DNA from: Chiloscyllium plagiosum
Lineage: Eukaryota
Direction: 5' to 3'
NCBI RefSeq assembly: GCF_004010195.1
Contig: NC_057749.1
Span: 18,530,833 to 18,579,259, forward strand
DNA length: 48,427 nt
The notes beneath the pieces were generated by a model. The model saw nothing but the letters and a program-made list of their open reading frames with translations. It was not told the DNA's origin and searched no databases. Made by a program: the position numbers and the translations under genes. Of this stretch, positions 1 to 13,049 are shown one piece after another (position 1 is the stretch's first letter; each line of letters opens with the position of its first letter).

Positions 1-334
1 GGGGCATGGATAGGATAAATAGGCAAAGTCTTTTCTCTGGGGTCGGGGAGTCCAGAACTAGAGGGCATAGGTTTAGGGCGAGAGGGGAAAGATATAAAAG
101 AGACCTAAGAGGCAACTTTTTCACACAGGATGGTACATGTATAGAATGAGCTGCCAGAGGATGTGGTGGAGGCTGGTACAATTGCAACATTTAAGAGACA
201 CTTGGATGGGTATATGAATAGGAAGGGTTTGGAGAGATATGGGTCTGGTGCTGGCAGGTGGGACTAGATTGAGTTGGAATATCTGGTCGGCTTGGACCGA
301 AGGGTCTGTTTCCATGCTGTACATCTCTATGACT
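1..334 (+). mobile_element. CR1-type LINE 3' end (truncated by window start)
   Basis: End of ORF2 plus 3' UTR ending ctctatgact; near-identical to 28640-28988. Confidence 0.85.
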
Positions 335-351
335 AAGTGCCAGGTGGTAAA

Positions 352-520
352 TATAAAAAAAATCAAAATGCTGGTGAATCTCAGCAGGTCTGGCAGCGTG
401 TGTGAAGAGCCAAGCAGAGCTGCGATTAATATGACAAGGCACATCAACTCTGTTTCTCTTTCCACAGAGTTTCTCCAGCAATTTGTTTTTCTTCCAGTTC
501 CCCAGAATCTGCAGCACTTG
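352..520. mobile_element. Degenerate Penelope-derived fold-back fragment
   Basis: atgctggtgaatctcagcaggtctggcagc ... tttctccagcaatttgtttt inverted arms; same family as 32772-33010. Confidence 0.55.
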
Positions 521-2699
521 CTTTTATTAAAGGTAATAATTGTATCATAACCACCAGTGATTCCCTTTCTTACATCAGTGAGAGGGGAGGCATTACTCTC
601 TCTGAATAGGTAGGAGATGGATTCTCAAGTCCCATTCAGTGCATTACAGTGTCTTGCTGAGAAAGGTCTGTTATGGTCAGTGATGGTGCTAAAATAAATC
701 CAACACCCGTCTGTGTTTGCCTGGTAAACTATCTCAGGACTGATTTCTCAATGTCCTGGCCAGCATTAACCTTACATTAGTCACACCACAAACATAATTC
801 TTTGGTGACGTATCTCACTGATGTTTGAGGAACCTCGCTGTCTCACATTGACTAAACCTGTATTTCTGTCTCTCTGATTCTTGTTAATTCTGCTTGGTCT
901 GAATCTCAATCCCTAGAAAACTGGGTACATATCTACAATGTAAGGACCCCCTTACCAACTATAACATGCCACATGAGACTTGGAGGAGGTGAAGAAGAGG
1001 GGGGGCTGCGATGATGGCCAATGAACCTTGAAGCATGACGCTAAATGGATGAGTTACCTGGTCTTGCATCCCACGTTGTTAAAGGAAGATAATGGACGAG
1101 ATTATTATCATCATCATCATCCCTTTATGGAGATGTCAGAGGATTTGTCAGGAGTAAACCTAATTGCTTTATTCAAGAAACCCTGCAGTTGGGCGGGTTT
1201 CTAAACTAGAGTGGCAGGAGGATGGGAACCGGAGCAGCAGGTCAGTCAGTCTCGAGGCTGGAGAAGAACTTGAGTCAAAGGCATATATGGGTGAGAGTTT
1301 GAGCCTTCAGGGGGACGTTGCTGAGCTCAGTGGAACTGGAGGCTGAGTTTGTATTTGCTTCAGATTGAACAGGTGAACTTAGAGCCTGGATTAATGTATG
1401 ATTATGATGTTGCTATCACAGTGAAAAAGGGACAGGATTGGCAGTTTAATGTTCCAACATATTGATGTTTTAGACGAGACAGAGGAGGAAGCAAATATGC
1501 TGGGAGTGTTACATTACTGGTTAGAGAGCATATCATAACTGTGTTCAGGGAGGACTCTCTGGAGAGTTCTTGCAGCGAGGCATTGTGGGTAAAGTTCAGG
1601 AATAGGAAGGATTGGTGTGACAATGCTGGGATTGTCCTCCTGGCCTCCCAGCTACCAACAGGAGATAGAGGAAGAGAAACAGTCAAATTCTGGCAAGATG
1701 TGAAAATAACAAAGTAGTTATGGTGGGTCATTTTAACTCCCCCCCCCCCCCCCCCCCCCCCATATTGCCTCTTTAGTGGCAGGGGTTTGGATGATCAATC
1801 AGATGATCAAAGTTTCAGTGGGGGTGCATTTTGGAAATAGTGACCACAATTGTCTAAGTTTTCAGATACTTATAGATAAGGGCAAGGGTGAACCTAAGAT
1901 GGAGGTGTCAAATTGGGGGAAAGCCAACTACAATCCAATCAGGCAAGAATTGGAGAACATGGATTGGGAATGCCTGTTTCAGGGTAAATCCACATCTGAC
2001 ACTTGGGAATTTTTTAAAGAGCAGTTGATAAGAATGCAGGACAGGCACGTTCCTGTGAAAGTGAAGGACGGGAATGGCAGGATTCGGGAACCTTGGATGA
2101 CAGGAGAAATTATCAGCTTAGTCACAAAAAACTAAGCAAACCCTATGGTCTGGGTAACCGAAAGCAAAGTCCTTGAAGAATATAGGGAAATTAGGAAGGA
2201 GCTCAATTGGGGAGTTAGGAGGGCTAAAAGGGACTATGAAATGTCCTTGGCCAGCAGGATTAAGGAGAATCCCAAGGTATTTTATACATTTATTAGGGGC
2301 AAGAGGGTAGCTGGGGAAAGGATAGACCCACCCAAGGATAAAGGAGGGAGGTAACATGGAGCCAGAGGAAATGGGTGAAGATCCTTAAAGAGTTATATTG
2401 GTATTCACCAAAGAGAGAGGTGTGAGGGATATGGTGGTTAGGGAAAAGTGTGCAAATATTCTCAGGCAGGTCAACATAATGAAGGAACAAGTGTTGGGTG
2501 TCTTGAAATGCTTTAAAGGTAGGCAAGTTCTCCAGGGCCAGATGGGATCTATCCCAGGATACTGTGGGAGGCAAGGAAGAAAATAGCTGGAGCCTTAACC
2601 GATATTCTTGCATCCTGTTTGGCTCAGTGACGTTCCAGAGGACTGGAGATTGTCAATGTTGTTCCTTTGTTTAAGAAGGGAAACAGATAATCCAGGTAA

Positions 2700-3192
2700 T
2701 CACATATAAGTCTATGGGGTGAATTCGCATTTGCAGATACATTCTATTTTAATCAAAAAGCAAACAATCTGCAGGCAGTTATTCTGTGTAACATTTTATA
2801 AATTCGTACTTTGGAAATAGAACCAGTCTGACTCAACATTGGGATACAGACAGACTCTAACCTCACACCTTCAATACATTACCTGAGCTGAAATATCAGT
2901 TTGTTTTATATATAAAACCTTAAGTTATCTCGAGAATATGACTTAAAAGTAGTTCTGGGATTTATACATTAATGAACCAAAACCTGCAACCTAATCTAAA
3001 AGATGAAAGACTGAACAGCAATCTAGGTTTGTTCAGTATATCATTTCAGTTGCACGACACTAATCTTTTGCTATAAATTTTGTCTTATGATCTTGTTTCA
3101 CAGTTACCTGATGAAGGAGCGGCGCTCAGAAAGCTAATGTTTCCAAATAAACCTGTTGGACTATAACCTGGTGTTGTGTGATTTTTAACTTG
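2700..3192 (+). mobile_element. Penelope-like element 3' region/pseudo-LTR
   Basis: Similar to 20210-20695 and 35427-35636; ends ...aataaacctgttggactataacctggtgttgtgtgatttttaac; hammerhead-like core at 3108. Confidence 0.75.
3105..3140 (+). ncRNA. Minimal type I hammerhead ribozyme motif, probably mutated
   Basis: CTGATGA-A-GGAGC-ggc-GCTCA-GAAA-GCTA; base of stem II mismatched (G.A), whereas the 8571 copy reads gctccgaaa. Confidence 0.55.
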
Positions 3193-3469
3193 GTCATAGG
3201 AGACAGAGAGTAGTGATGGAAGGATGTTTTCTTTTCAGAATGGAGATCAGTAACTATTGTTGTAAAATACATAACTGATCCGAAGGAAAATGTTGGTGGT
3301 CCGATTAGTAGGTTTGCGGATGACATCAAAATTAGCGGAGTTGCAAAAAGTGAGGAGGATTGTCAAAGGATATAGATAGATTGCAGATTTGGGCAGAGAG
3401 ATGGGAGCATTTTGGAAGATCAAATTCAGGTACAAATTATACAATAAATGGCAGAACCCTTCAGAGCGC

Positions 3470-3750
3470 TGACATGCAAAGGGACCTGGGTGTACAAAAG
3501 CATCTGGGTGTACAAAGGCATCTGGGTGTACAAAGGGATCTGGGTGTACAAAGGGATCTGGGTCTACAAAGGGATCTGGGTCTACAAAGGGATATGGGTC
3601 TACAAAGGGACCTGGGTGTACAAAGGCATCTGGGTGTACAAAGGCATCTGAGTGTACAAAGGGACCTGGGTGTACAAAGGCACCTGGGTGTACAAAGGGA
3701 TCTGGGTGTACAAAGGGACCAGGGTGTACAAAGGGACCTGGGTGTACATG
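3470..3750. repeat. 18-bp minisatellite (~15 copies) expanded from CR1 RT sequence
   Basis: Unit gtacaaagggatctgggt (encodes QRDLGV, present once in the CR1 at ~6627). Confidence 0.9.
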
Positions 3751-3807
3751 TCCACAAAGTGACAATAGAGGTTGAATAGATGGTGAGGAAGACATACAGC
3801 ACACTTA

Positions 3808-4012
3808 GGAGAAAGTGAGGACTGCAGATGCTGGAGATTAGAGTCGAGAATGTGATGCTGTAAAAGCACAGCCGGTCAGGCAGCATCTGAGGAGCAGGAC
3901 AGTCAATGTTTCGGGCATAAGCCCTTTGTCAGGAATTCCTTATGCCAGGAACGCCGATTCTCGTCCTCAAATGCTGCCTGACCTGCTGTGCTTTTCCAGC
4001 ACCACTCTCTCG
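3808..4012. mobile_element. Penelope-derived palindromic short element with 14-bp TSD
   Basis: TSD atacagcacactta at 3794-3807 and 4013-4026; inverted arms centred near ggaattcc (~3931-3938). Confidence 0.8.
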
Positions 4013-4564
4013 ATACAGCACACTTACCTTCACTGGCCAGGGCATCAAATATCAAAGTTGACAAGTTACGTTACAGCTGTACAAAACTTTACAGGCCACA
4101 TTTGGAATATTGTGTGCATTTCTGGTCACCACACTAACAGAAGGACGTGGATGCTTTGGAGAGGGTACACTGAAAGTTTACCAGGACATCGCCTGGTCTG
4201 GAGGGTTTCACTTATGAGGAGAGATTGGATAAACTCGGATCGTTTTCACTGGAAAGTCAGAGGCTGAGGGTCTATGACATTATGAGGGTCAACTACAAGA
4301 GGCCACAGGTTCAAGGTGAGAAGGGGAAAATTGTGGGGAAAATGTTTTATCCCAGAGGGATGTGGGTGCCTGGAACACACATTAGCAACGTGGTAGAAAC
4401 AGGCACATGATGCAATGTTTAAGGCATGTCTGGATAGACACATGAATGGGAGGGATCAGAGGGACAGGTCCCGCACACAATAGCAGCTCTAAATGAGGGT
4501 TAGGAATCGGCACAGGCTTGGTGGGCCGAAGGGCCTGATCCTGCGCTGTGTTGAATTGTGATTG

Positions 4565-4945
4565 TAAAAGCAATGTGAGGATATTCCAAAAACCACAGGC
4601 CAGTCAGTTTAACATCAATGGTGGGTAAGCTTTGTAAAACAACAATTTTGGGACAATATTAACAGGCACGTGGAGAGATTGGAGTTAATTTAGAAGAGTC
4701 AGCACTTGTTTGTGAAAAAGTTCATGTCTGACAAATCAAGTTTTTTTGAAGTAACAAGAGGAGATTGTTCAGGGGAACGCAGTGGACATTACTTAAATAA
4801 ACATCGAAGTGTTTGACCAGGCACAAGGTAGAAAGCTGGTCCACACCATGGTGAATTGTGGAACAGGAGGGTCTGTGTTAATTTGAATGAAAAATATAGG
4901 TTCCTTGTAGTAACTGGTTACTTCTCAGACTGGAGACTCGACGTA
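4565..4945 (+). mobile_element. Old CR1 RT fragment
   Basis: NHRPVSLTSMVGK-like reading, sQHxF and FDQ motifs, decayed. Confidence 0.65.
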
Positions 4946-4989
4946 GACTATATAAGCATCTTGGTAAATTTTGAAATTTTCCAAACTTG

Positions 4990-5505
4990 CAAGAAGGGTA
5001 AATGGTCAGGATAATCCAGCCTGGTGGGATCATACCCTTCAGGATGTTGCGGGTGAAGGATTCCTTGATGGTAATGCCAAGGCCGGTGATAAGATTCTCT
5101 TTGGTTGGAGATGGTGATTGCCTGGCACTTCCGTTGCTTGCAGCTTGTCAGCCCGAGCCTGGATGGTGTCCAGGTCTCGCTGCTTTTGGACACAGCCTTC
5201 ACTGTCTGAAAGTTGTGAATGGTGCTGAACATTGTGCAATCATTAGTGAACATTCCCACTTCTGACCTTATCAGGGAGGAAGGTCACGTATGGAGCAGCT
5301 GAAGTTGGTTTGTCTTGGACACTATCCTGAGGAACTCCTGCAGAGATGTCTTGGAGCAGTGGTGACTGACCTCTAACAACCAGAACTATCCGGAGAGTAT
5401 CCCCCGGATTCTCATTCACTCCATTTTTGCTCGGGCTCCTTGAGGTGACACTCCATGGCCTTGCAATTCACTCTCACCTCATTAATGAATACTGTTCTTT
5501 TGGTC
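4990..5505 (-). mobile_element. CR1-clade LINE RT fragment (second family)
   Basis: Minus strand GVPQDSV, MFTNDCTMFSTI, KCQAITISN; homologous to 14800-15260. Confidence 0.7.
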
Positions 5506-6114
5506 CAATATAGACTTAATGCTGCAAATCCAAATGTCGTCAGGGACAGAGGGAACTGGAGGTGCATGTACATCGATGAATGTGGATGGCAGGATACATT
5601 GACAGAGTGGTTAGTAAAACATTTGGGATCTTAGATTTTGTAAATGGAGGCACTGACTGTAGAAAGCAGAGAGGTTTAGCTGAGTATTTTAAACAGCTGT
5701 GGTTAGAACTCAGCACTGTGTCTACCTCTGGATGCTACACTTTAGGAACGATATGAAGGTTCTGAAATGTTGACAGGATTTACCAGAAGGTCACACCCCA
5801 AACCAAGGAATAGATTTTCATTTTTTTGGCTGTTACCTCGTTTGCATAAATGATACACAGTGTATCATTCAGAAAGGAAACTGGTTTCTGTTGTGTTTCG
5901 CTTATGTGTGAAACTCATGAAATTCAGTTGTCTTAATCCTGTAAATTTTCAGACTGACTGAATGGCCAATGATTTGAAAGGATAGAGATGCCAACTGTTT
6001 ATACAAACAGTGTGACAGCTGGGGAAAATGGTACATCACCATTTACAGTAAAGTTTAATTTCTGTTAGTTTTCTAGCAGTCCCCTAAAGTATTGATCAGA
6101 TCCGTGTTCGCTTG

Positions 6115-7340
6115 TTCGACCAAGTTGATAGATGAAGGAAGGGCTGTAGGTGTCATATACATGGACTTTAGTAAGGCGTTTGATTAGGTTAACCATGGTA
6201 GACTAATGGAGAAAGTGAAGTCACATGGTGTGCAGGGTGTTCTAGCTAGGTGGATAAAGAACTGATTGAGCAACAGGAGACAGAGAGTAGTAGTTGAAGG
6301 GAGTTTCTCGAAATGGAGAAAGGTGACCAGTGGGTGTTCCACAGGGGTCAGTGCTGGGGCCCCTGTTGTTTATGATATACATAAATGATCTAGAAGAGGG
6401 CACTGTTGGTATGATCAAGTTTGCAGATGACACGAAGATTGGTGGAGGAGAAGAAAGCATAAGGGACTGTCAGAGAATACAGAAGCATACAGATAGACTG
6501 GAGAGTTGGGTGGAGAAGTGGTAGATGGAGTTCAATCGAGGTAAATGTGAGGTGATGCATTTTGGGAAGTCTAAGTCTGGAGTGAACTTTACTGTAAACA
6601 GAAGAGCCTTGGGAAAAGTTGATGGGCAGAGAGATCTGGGAGTTCAGGTCCATTGTACCCTGAAGGTGGCTGCACAGGTGGATAGAGTGGTCAAGAAGGC
6701 ATATGGTATGCTTGCCTTCATCAGACGGGGTATTGAGTATAAGAGCTGGCAGGTCATGTTAAAATTGTACAAGACGTTGGTTTGGCTACATTTAGAATAC
6801 TGTGTACAGTTCTGGTCGCCACATTACCAAAAGGATGTGGACGCTTTGGAGAGGGTGCAGAGAAGGTTTACGAGGATGTTGCCTGGGATGGAAGGTGCTA
6901 GCTATGACGAGAGGGTTGAGTAGGTTAGGTTTGTTTTCATAACAAAAAGGAGATTGAGGGGGGACCTGATTGAGATTTACAAAATCATGAAGGGTAGAGA
7001 CAGGGTGGTTAGAGATAAGCTTTTTCTCAGGATGAGGGATTCAATTACAAGAGGTCATGCATTCAAGGGGAGAGGTGAAAAGTTTAAGGGGGATACACGC
7101 AGCAAATACTTTACACAGAGGGTCATAGGTGCCAGGAAAGCGTTGCCAGCAGAGGTAGTAGAGGCAGGCACAGTAGATTCATTTAAGATGTGTCTGGACA
7201 GATGCTTGAGTAGGTGGGGAGCAGAGGGATACAGATGCTTAGGAATTGGGTGACAGGTTTAGACAGTGGATTTGGATCAGCTCATGCTTGGAGGGCTGAA
7301 GGGCCTGTTTCTGGGCTGTAAATTTTCTTTGTTCTTTGTG
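6115..7340 (+). mobile_element. Relatively young 5'-truncated CR1 LINE (RT to 3' UTR)
   Basis: GVPQGSVLGPLLFMIYINDL, KFADDTKIGG, LEYCVQFWSP, RGDLIEIYKIMKG; 3' tail ttctttgttcttt. Confidence 0.93.
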
Positions 7341-7564
7341 TTTCAACAGTCTCTTCTTTATCTGATTAAATTAGGCCTTGAGACCATTTTTATTATATAT
7401 AATATTGATTCATGATACCTTGAACTGTTCAGTAGATCAGCCATGTTTCTATTGTGGAAACCTGGAGCTGCTATATTTAGTTGAAGGTTTATTCTCTTGA
7501 ATTTGGTGGCTTCAAGTTTTGCAAGCTGTTTTTGAGCAGTTACTTCAGGGATGAATAAATAACA

Positions 7565-8360
7565 TCAGTAGCAGGGAATGTGCTGGAGTGTATTGTAAAG
7601 GATGTAATAACAAGGCACTTAGAAAATACCAATAGTATTACACAAAGTCAGAATGGATTTCTGAAAGGGAAATGGTGTTTAACACCAGCTAGGGGTTTTT
7701 GAGGATATAACTCGTAAAATAGATGGGGGAGAACCAGTGGATGAAGTGTATTTGGATTTTCAGATAGTTTTCGATAAAGTTCAACACAAGGGGTTATTGT
7801 GGAAGGTGGATTACCACAGCGATCAGTGCTTGGGACTCAACTATCTTAATATTTATGAAAGCTTTGGATGGGGGAATCAAGTGTAATATTTCCACGTTTG
7901 CTGAAGACACAGAAGTTAATGGGAGTGTGAGTGGCAAGAAGGACATAAAGATATTACAGGGTGATTGAGGGAGTGGGAAAATGCAAAATAAAGTCAATTA
8001 ATGTGAAGCTGGTCCACTTTGGTAGGAAGGACAGAGTGGCAGACTATTATTTACATGGTGATAGATGGGAAAAGGTTGATGTACAAAGGGACATGGGTGT
8101 CCATGGAAACTGCCCATAGAAAGTAATCAGTTAGGGAGTCAAATGGTATGTTGGCCTTCATTGCAGGAGGGTTTTGGTGTGGGAGCTAGGAGGTTTTACT
8201 AAACAGGAACTTGGTGAGACCACACCTGGGGTATCAGGCCCTGTGTTGGTCACTGTACCTTGGGAAGATATATTCTAGCCACAGAGAAAATGTAATGAAA
8301 GTTCACCAGATGCCTGTCTGGGGTGGCAGGATTGTCATGTGAGGAGAGATTGGCTCTTAT
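7565..8360 (+). mobile_element. Decayed CR1 RT fragment
   Basis: VYLDFQ..FDKV, SVLG, FAEDTEV motifs with stops. Confidence 0.75.
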
Positions 8361-8504
8361 TCAGGGCATGGCTGAATTTTTGCTGCAGTTGTTGTAACTG
8401 ATGTTCCAGAACAGAATACAATCTGAACCTATACGTGGTGCGAGACCACCATCTAGTGGCTATGGAGCATACTTCAGCATTGAGACTAAAACGAGAACCG
8501 AAAC

Positions 8505-8640
8505 AGGGTCATGATGCTGGTGGCACCAGGTTATGGTCCAATGGGTTTCTCTGAAAACACTAGCTTTAAGCAGCGCTCCGAAAGCTCGTGTTTTCAAATA
8601 AACCCATTGGACTATAACCTGGTATCATGTGATTTTTTTT
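8505..8640. mobile_element. Penelope pLTR fold-back remnant
   Basis: caccaggttatggtccaatgggttt / aaacccattggactataacctggt inverted pair; gcgctccgaaagctc half-hammerhead. Confidence 0.65.
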
Positions 8641-8944
8641 ATCTAAATAGAATCCTGAGAATAAGATAGTTTCTGTTCAACCTGACTGACATCATAAACA
8701 CTTAAAAATGTGTGAAATGATTCAAAGTATAAAATATTTCCCTTTGAATAGAGAGGCAGGTTTCTCGTGTTTTGTTATAAAAATGGAACATGCTAAATCT
8801 AAGGATTTATAGATGGATAATCCTGTATTATTAAACTTGCAATTGGTACTGATTAGGAGATGGAATAGGATTTAATGTGGGGAAGGTGCAGGGGACATTT
8901 ACTCAGATTATGTTGCAGAAGAAATACTAATGTTTGAACTCAAA

Positions 8945-9590
8945 CACATATCAACATCCTGGGGTCAACATCCTGGGTCAACATCCTGGGGTCAACATCC
9001 TGGGGTCAACATCCTGGGGTCAACATCCATTGACCAGAAACTGAACTGGACTAAACATATCAATACACTGGCTACAAGAGCAGGTCAGAGACTAGGGGGT
9101 CCTGCTGCAGTAACTCACCTCCTGACTTCCCAAAGCCCCTCCACTATTTACAAGGCAGTGTGATGGAATACTCCCCACTTGCCGGGATGGGGGCAGCTCC
9201 AAAAAACAGTCAAGAAGCTTGACACCATCCAGGACAAAGCAGCCGCTTGATTGACACCCCATCCACAAATTTCCACTCCTTCCACCACCGACACTCAGCG
9301 GCAGTAGCGGGTGTGTGTACTATCTACAGGATGCGCTGCAGAAATTCACCGACGCTCGGTCACACCTTTCAGACCCATGACCACCTCCATCTGGAGGAAC
9401 GTGGGCAGCAGATACATGGGAACACCACATCGGCAAGATCCCCTCCAAACAACTCACCAGCCTGACTTGAAATTGCCATTGCTTCAATTTCGCAGAGTTA
9501 AAATCCTAGAATTCCTTCCCTAACAGCATTGTGGGTCAACCTACAGCACATGAACTGCAGCAGTTCAGGAAGGCAGCTCACTCCTGTTAA
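8945..9590 (+). mobile_element. CR1-clade LINE 3' part with internal 14-bp tandem (catcctggggtcaa, ~5 copies)
   Basis: NILG..IDQKLNWTKHIN, MEYSPLA, KLDTIQDKAA readings. Confidence 0.75.
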
Positions 9591-9928
9591 TATTGAAGAA
9601 GCATAGCAGACCAAAGTATGTAACAACAGCAGGAGCTGTATTTAATGAGATACTCACTCAACAAGGCCGTGCAAATAAGGCCGGGCTTTTGGCAGCAGAT
9701 GATAGGGTCATGATGTCACATGATTGCATTCCTAAAGTGACAATCCAATATATACAATACAAAACATTCCACCCAGTTAATGTCAGAGGTTCCTGCAATT
9801 AAAGCATTGATCATATTTACGATTGGAAACAACAGTTCACAGAAATGGAAAGGATCATTTGCCATCTCACAGCTCCCACTTACCAATGTTTCTTGGAGTG
9901 CCTTAGGTATGGTGTATATCTGATGTGG

Positions 9929-10047
9929 TTAAAACAATGACTGCAGATGCTGGAAACCAGATTCTGGATTAGCGGTGCTGGAAAAGCACAGCCGGTCAGA
10001 CAGCATCCGAGGAGCAAAAGCCCATAATCAGGAATACAGGCAGAGTG
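9929..10047 (-). mobile_element. Short Penelope terminal fragment with 12-bp TSD
   Basis: TSD tatctgatgtgg at 9917-9928 and 10048-10059; same start as 43083. Confidence 0.75.
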
Positions 10048-10243
10048 TATCTGATGTGGAGGTGCCTCTTACAGACACTAGTGGTCAGCATTGTACTGGT
10101 CCTTAACCTGCTGCTATAACCATACCTTCTTCATTCTGATTGGTCACACAGTAGCTTTTTGACTTCATTCTAGGACATGGGACAAACACAGAACAATGTT
10201 GCCTGCAGGTGTGGTGGGCTTAAACCACTCGCTGTAGCATGAG

Positions 10244-10515
10244 TAGAACATAGAACATAGAACATAGAAGAATACAGCGCAGTACAGGCCCTTCGGCCCT
10301 CGATGTTGCACCGATCCAAGCCCACCTAACCTACACTAGCCCACTATCCTCCATATGCCTATCCAATGCCCGCTTAAATGCCCATAATGAGGGAGAGTCC
10401 ACCACTGCTACTGCAGGGCATTCCATGAACTCACGACTCACTGAGTAAAGAACCTACCCCTAACATCTGTCCTATACCTACCCCCCCTTAATTTAAAGCT
10501 ATGCCCCCTTGTAAT
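10244..10515 (-). mobile_element. CR1 3' end
   Basis: (agaacat)n tail followed by aggcccttcggccc 3' UTR motif. Confidence 0.8.
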
Positions 10516-11139
10516 GTAAAAACAAAGACAGTTTAAAATTCAAGTTAGTTTTCACCTTAGCCCTTATACACAGTTAAAGTTAATGAAGTTAAAAAAGTTG
10601 AAACACTTGAAATGGTTTAAATGCTTTCAGTTATGGAGTAAATAATTAAACTAAGGCAAATGTACAATTTAATCATCATCTTCATCTTTGTCATCATTAC
10701 ACTTTAGCTCCATCATGTCAGGCGTGATAATCAGTGATATCCTCATCATATTTCTCCGCGGACTATAAGCTTTTCTAAACAACAGCTTCTGCTGTTCTTC
10801 ACTGTATCCGGTCCATAGGTCACCAAAGTGTCTTTGCTCCATCACTAATACATAAGGCAAGAGTCTTCAGTGTTCGGCACATTGGCCAAACACCGCCGAG
10901 AGCCCAGGAGGAAGCTTTTCTGATACAATGGGGCCCTTCTCCTGACTGGTACCTCCAGCTGGCGCTGACCTTTACATTTCCCTGACATGAAGCGCCTCAC
11001 CCCCTTGAACCAATTCCTCGCGTCTGCGTTCCTCTTTGTGTCCTCGTCCATCTTTCCCAGCACTTTGAGAAAGTCCCAAGAAGTTACCAGGAATATCAAG
11101 ACTTTTCTTCTTCACACCAAATCTGAACAAATTTATCAC

Positions 11140-13045
11140 TCGAGAACATCAAGAATATCGAGAACACTCGAGGGCGTGGAGAACACTCGAGGGCGTGGAG
11201 AACACTCGAGGGCGTGGAGAACACTCGAGGACGTGGAGAACATTCGAGGACATGGAGAATACCCGAGGACGTGGAGAATACCCGAGGACGTGGAGAACAC
11301 TCGAGAGCATGGAGAACACTCGAGGGCGTGGAGAACACTCGAGGATATGGAGAACACTCGAGAGCGTGGAGAACACTCGAGGACGTGGAGAACACTCAAG
11401 GGCGTGGAGAACACTCAAGGGCGTGGAGAACACTCGAGAGCGTGGAGAACACTCGAGGGCGTGGAGAACACTCGAGAGCGTGGAGAACACGCAAGGGCGA
11501 GGAGAACACGCAAGGGCGAGAGAACACGCAAGGGCGAGGAGAACACGCAAGGGTGAGGAGAACACTCGAGAGCGTGGAGAACACTCGAGGGCGTGGAGAA
11601 CACTCGAGGGCGTGGAGAACACTCGAGAGCGTGGAGAACACTCGAGAGTGTGGAGAACACTCGAGGACGTGGAGAACACTCGAGAGCGTGGAGAACACTC
11701 GAGGGCGTGGAGAACACTCGAGGGCGTGGAGAACACTCGAGGATGTAGAGAACATTCGAGGGTGTGGAGAACACTCGAGGGCATGGAGAACACTCGAGGA
11801 CATGGAGAACACTCGAGGACATCGAGGACATGGAGAACACTCGAGGACATGGAGAACACTCGAGGACATGGAGAACACTCGAGAGCATGGAGAACACTCG
11901 AGAGCGTGGAGAACACTCGAGGATATGGAGAACACTCTAGAGCGTGGAGAACAATCGAGAGCATCGAGCACAATCGAGAGCATCGAGAACACTCGGGGAC
12001 ATGGAGAACACTCGAGGACATGGAGATCACTCGAGAGCGTGGAGAACACTCGAGAGCATTGAGAACACTCGGGGACATGGAGAACACTCTAGAGCGTGGA
12101 GAACAATCGAGAGCATCGAGAACACTCGGGGACATGGAGAACACTCGGGGACATGGAGAACACTCGAGGGCGTGGAGAACACTCGAGAGCGTGGAGAACA
12201 CTCGAGAGCGTGGAGAACACTCGAGAGCGTGGAGAACACTCGAGAGCATTGAGAACACTCGAGGACATGGAGAACACTCGAGGGCGTGGAGAACACTCGA
12301 GAGCATCGAGAACACTCGAGGACATCGAGAACACTCGAGGACATCGAGAACACTCGAGGGCGTGGAAAACACTCGAGAGCGTGGAGAACACTCGAGGGCG
12401 TGGAAAACACTCGAGAGCGTGGAGAACACTCGAGGGCGTGGAGAACACTCGAGAGCGTGGAGAACACTCGAGGGCGTGGAAAACACTCGAGAGCGTGGAA
12501 CACACTAGAGAGCATCGAGAACACTCGAGGACATCAAGAACACTCGAGGACATCGAGAACACTCGAGGGCGTGGAGAACACTCGAGGGCGTGGAGAACAC
12601 TCGAGAGCGTGGAAAACACTCGAGAGCGTGGTAAACACTCGAGAGCGTGGAAAACACTCGAGAGCGTGGAAAACACTCGAGGGCATGGAGAACACTCGAG
12701 GGCTTGGAGAACACGCAAGGGCGAGGAGAACACTTGAGAGCGTGGAGAACACTCGAGGGCGTGGAGAACACTCGAGGGCGTGGAGAACACTCGACGGCGT
12801 GGAGAACATGCAAGGGCATGGAGAACACTCGAGGACGTGGAGAACACTCGAGGACGTGGAGAACACTCGAGGACATCGAGAAAACCCGAGGACGTGGAGA
12901 ACACTCGAGGACGTGGAGAACACTCGAGGACGTGGAGAACACTCGAGAGCGTGGAGAACACTCGAGGACATCGAGGAAGTGGAGAACACTCGAGGACACG
13001 GAGAACACTCGAGAGCGTGGAGAACACTCGAGGACATGGAGGACA
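11140..13045. repeat. 19-bp CpG-rich minisatellite, ~100 copies
   Basis: Unit gagaacactcgagggcgtg with variants (gagagcgtg, gaggacatg); period 19 read directly. Confidence 0.95.
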
Positions 13046-13049
13046 TCAG

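Larger units (their letters stand above)
1180..4560 (+). mobile_element. Long decayed CR1 LINE (ORF1 end, APE endonuclease, linker, RT, 3' end), interrupted at 2700-3192, 3470-3750 and 3808-4012
   Basis: Fragments HFGNSDHNCLSF (EN), WGKANY..IRQEL, EPWMT, IKENPKVFY, FADDIKI, HFGRSN, LEYCV-like; many stops and frameshifts. Confidence 0.85.

Noticed and set aside
1739..1761. Poly-C run as a regulatory or G4 element
   Set aside because: Homopolymer expansion inside the CR1 endonuclease region; no further support
3247..3886. Repetitive ORFs (QRDLGV)n / (HPGPFV)n
   Set aside because: 18-bp tandem expansion of CR1 sequence
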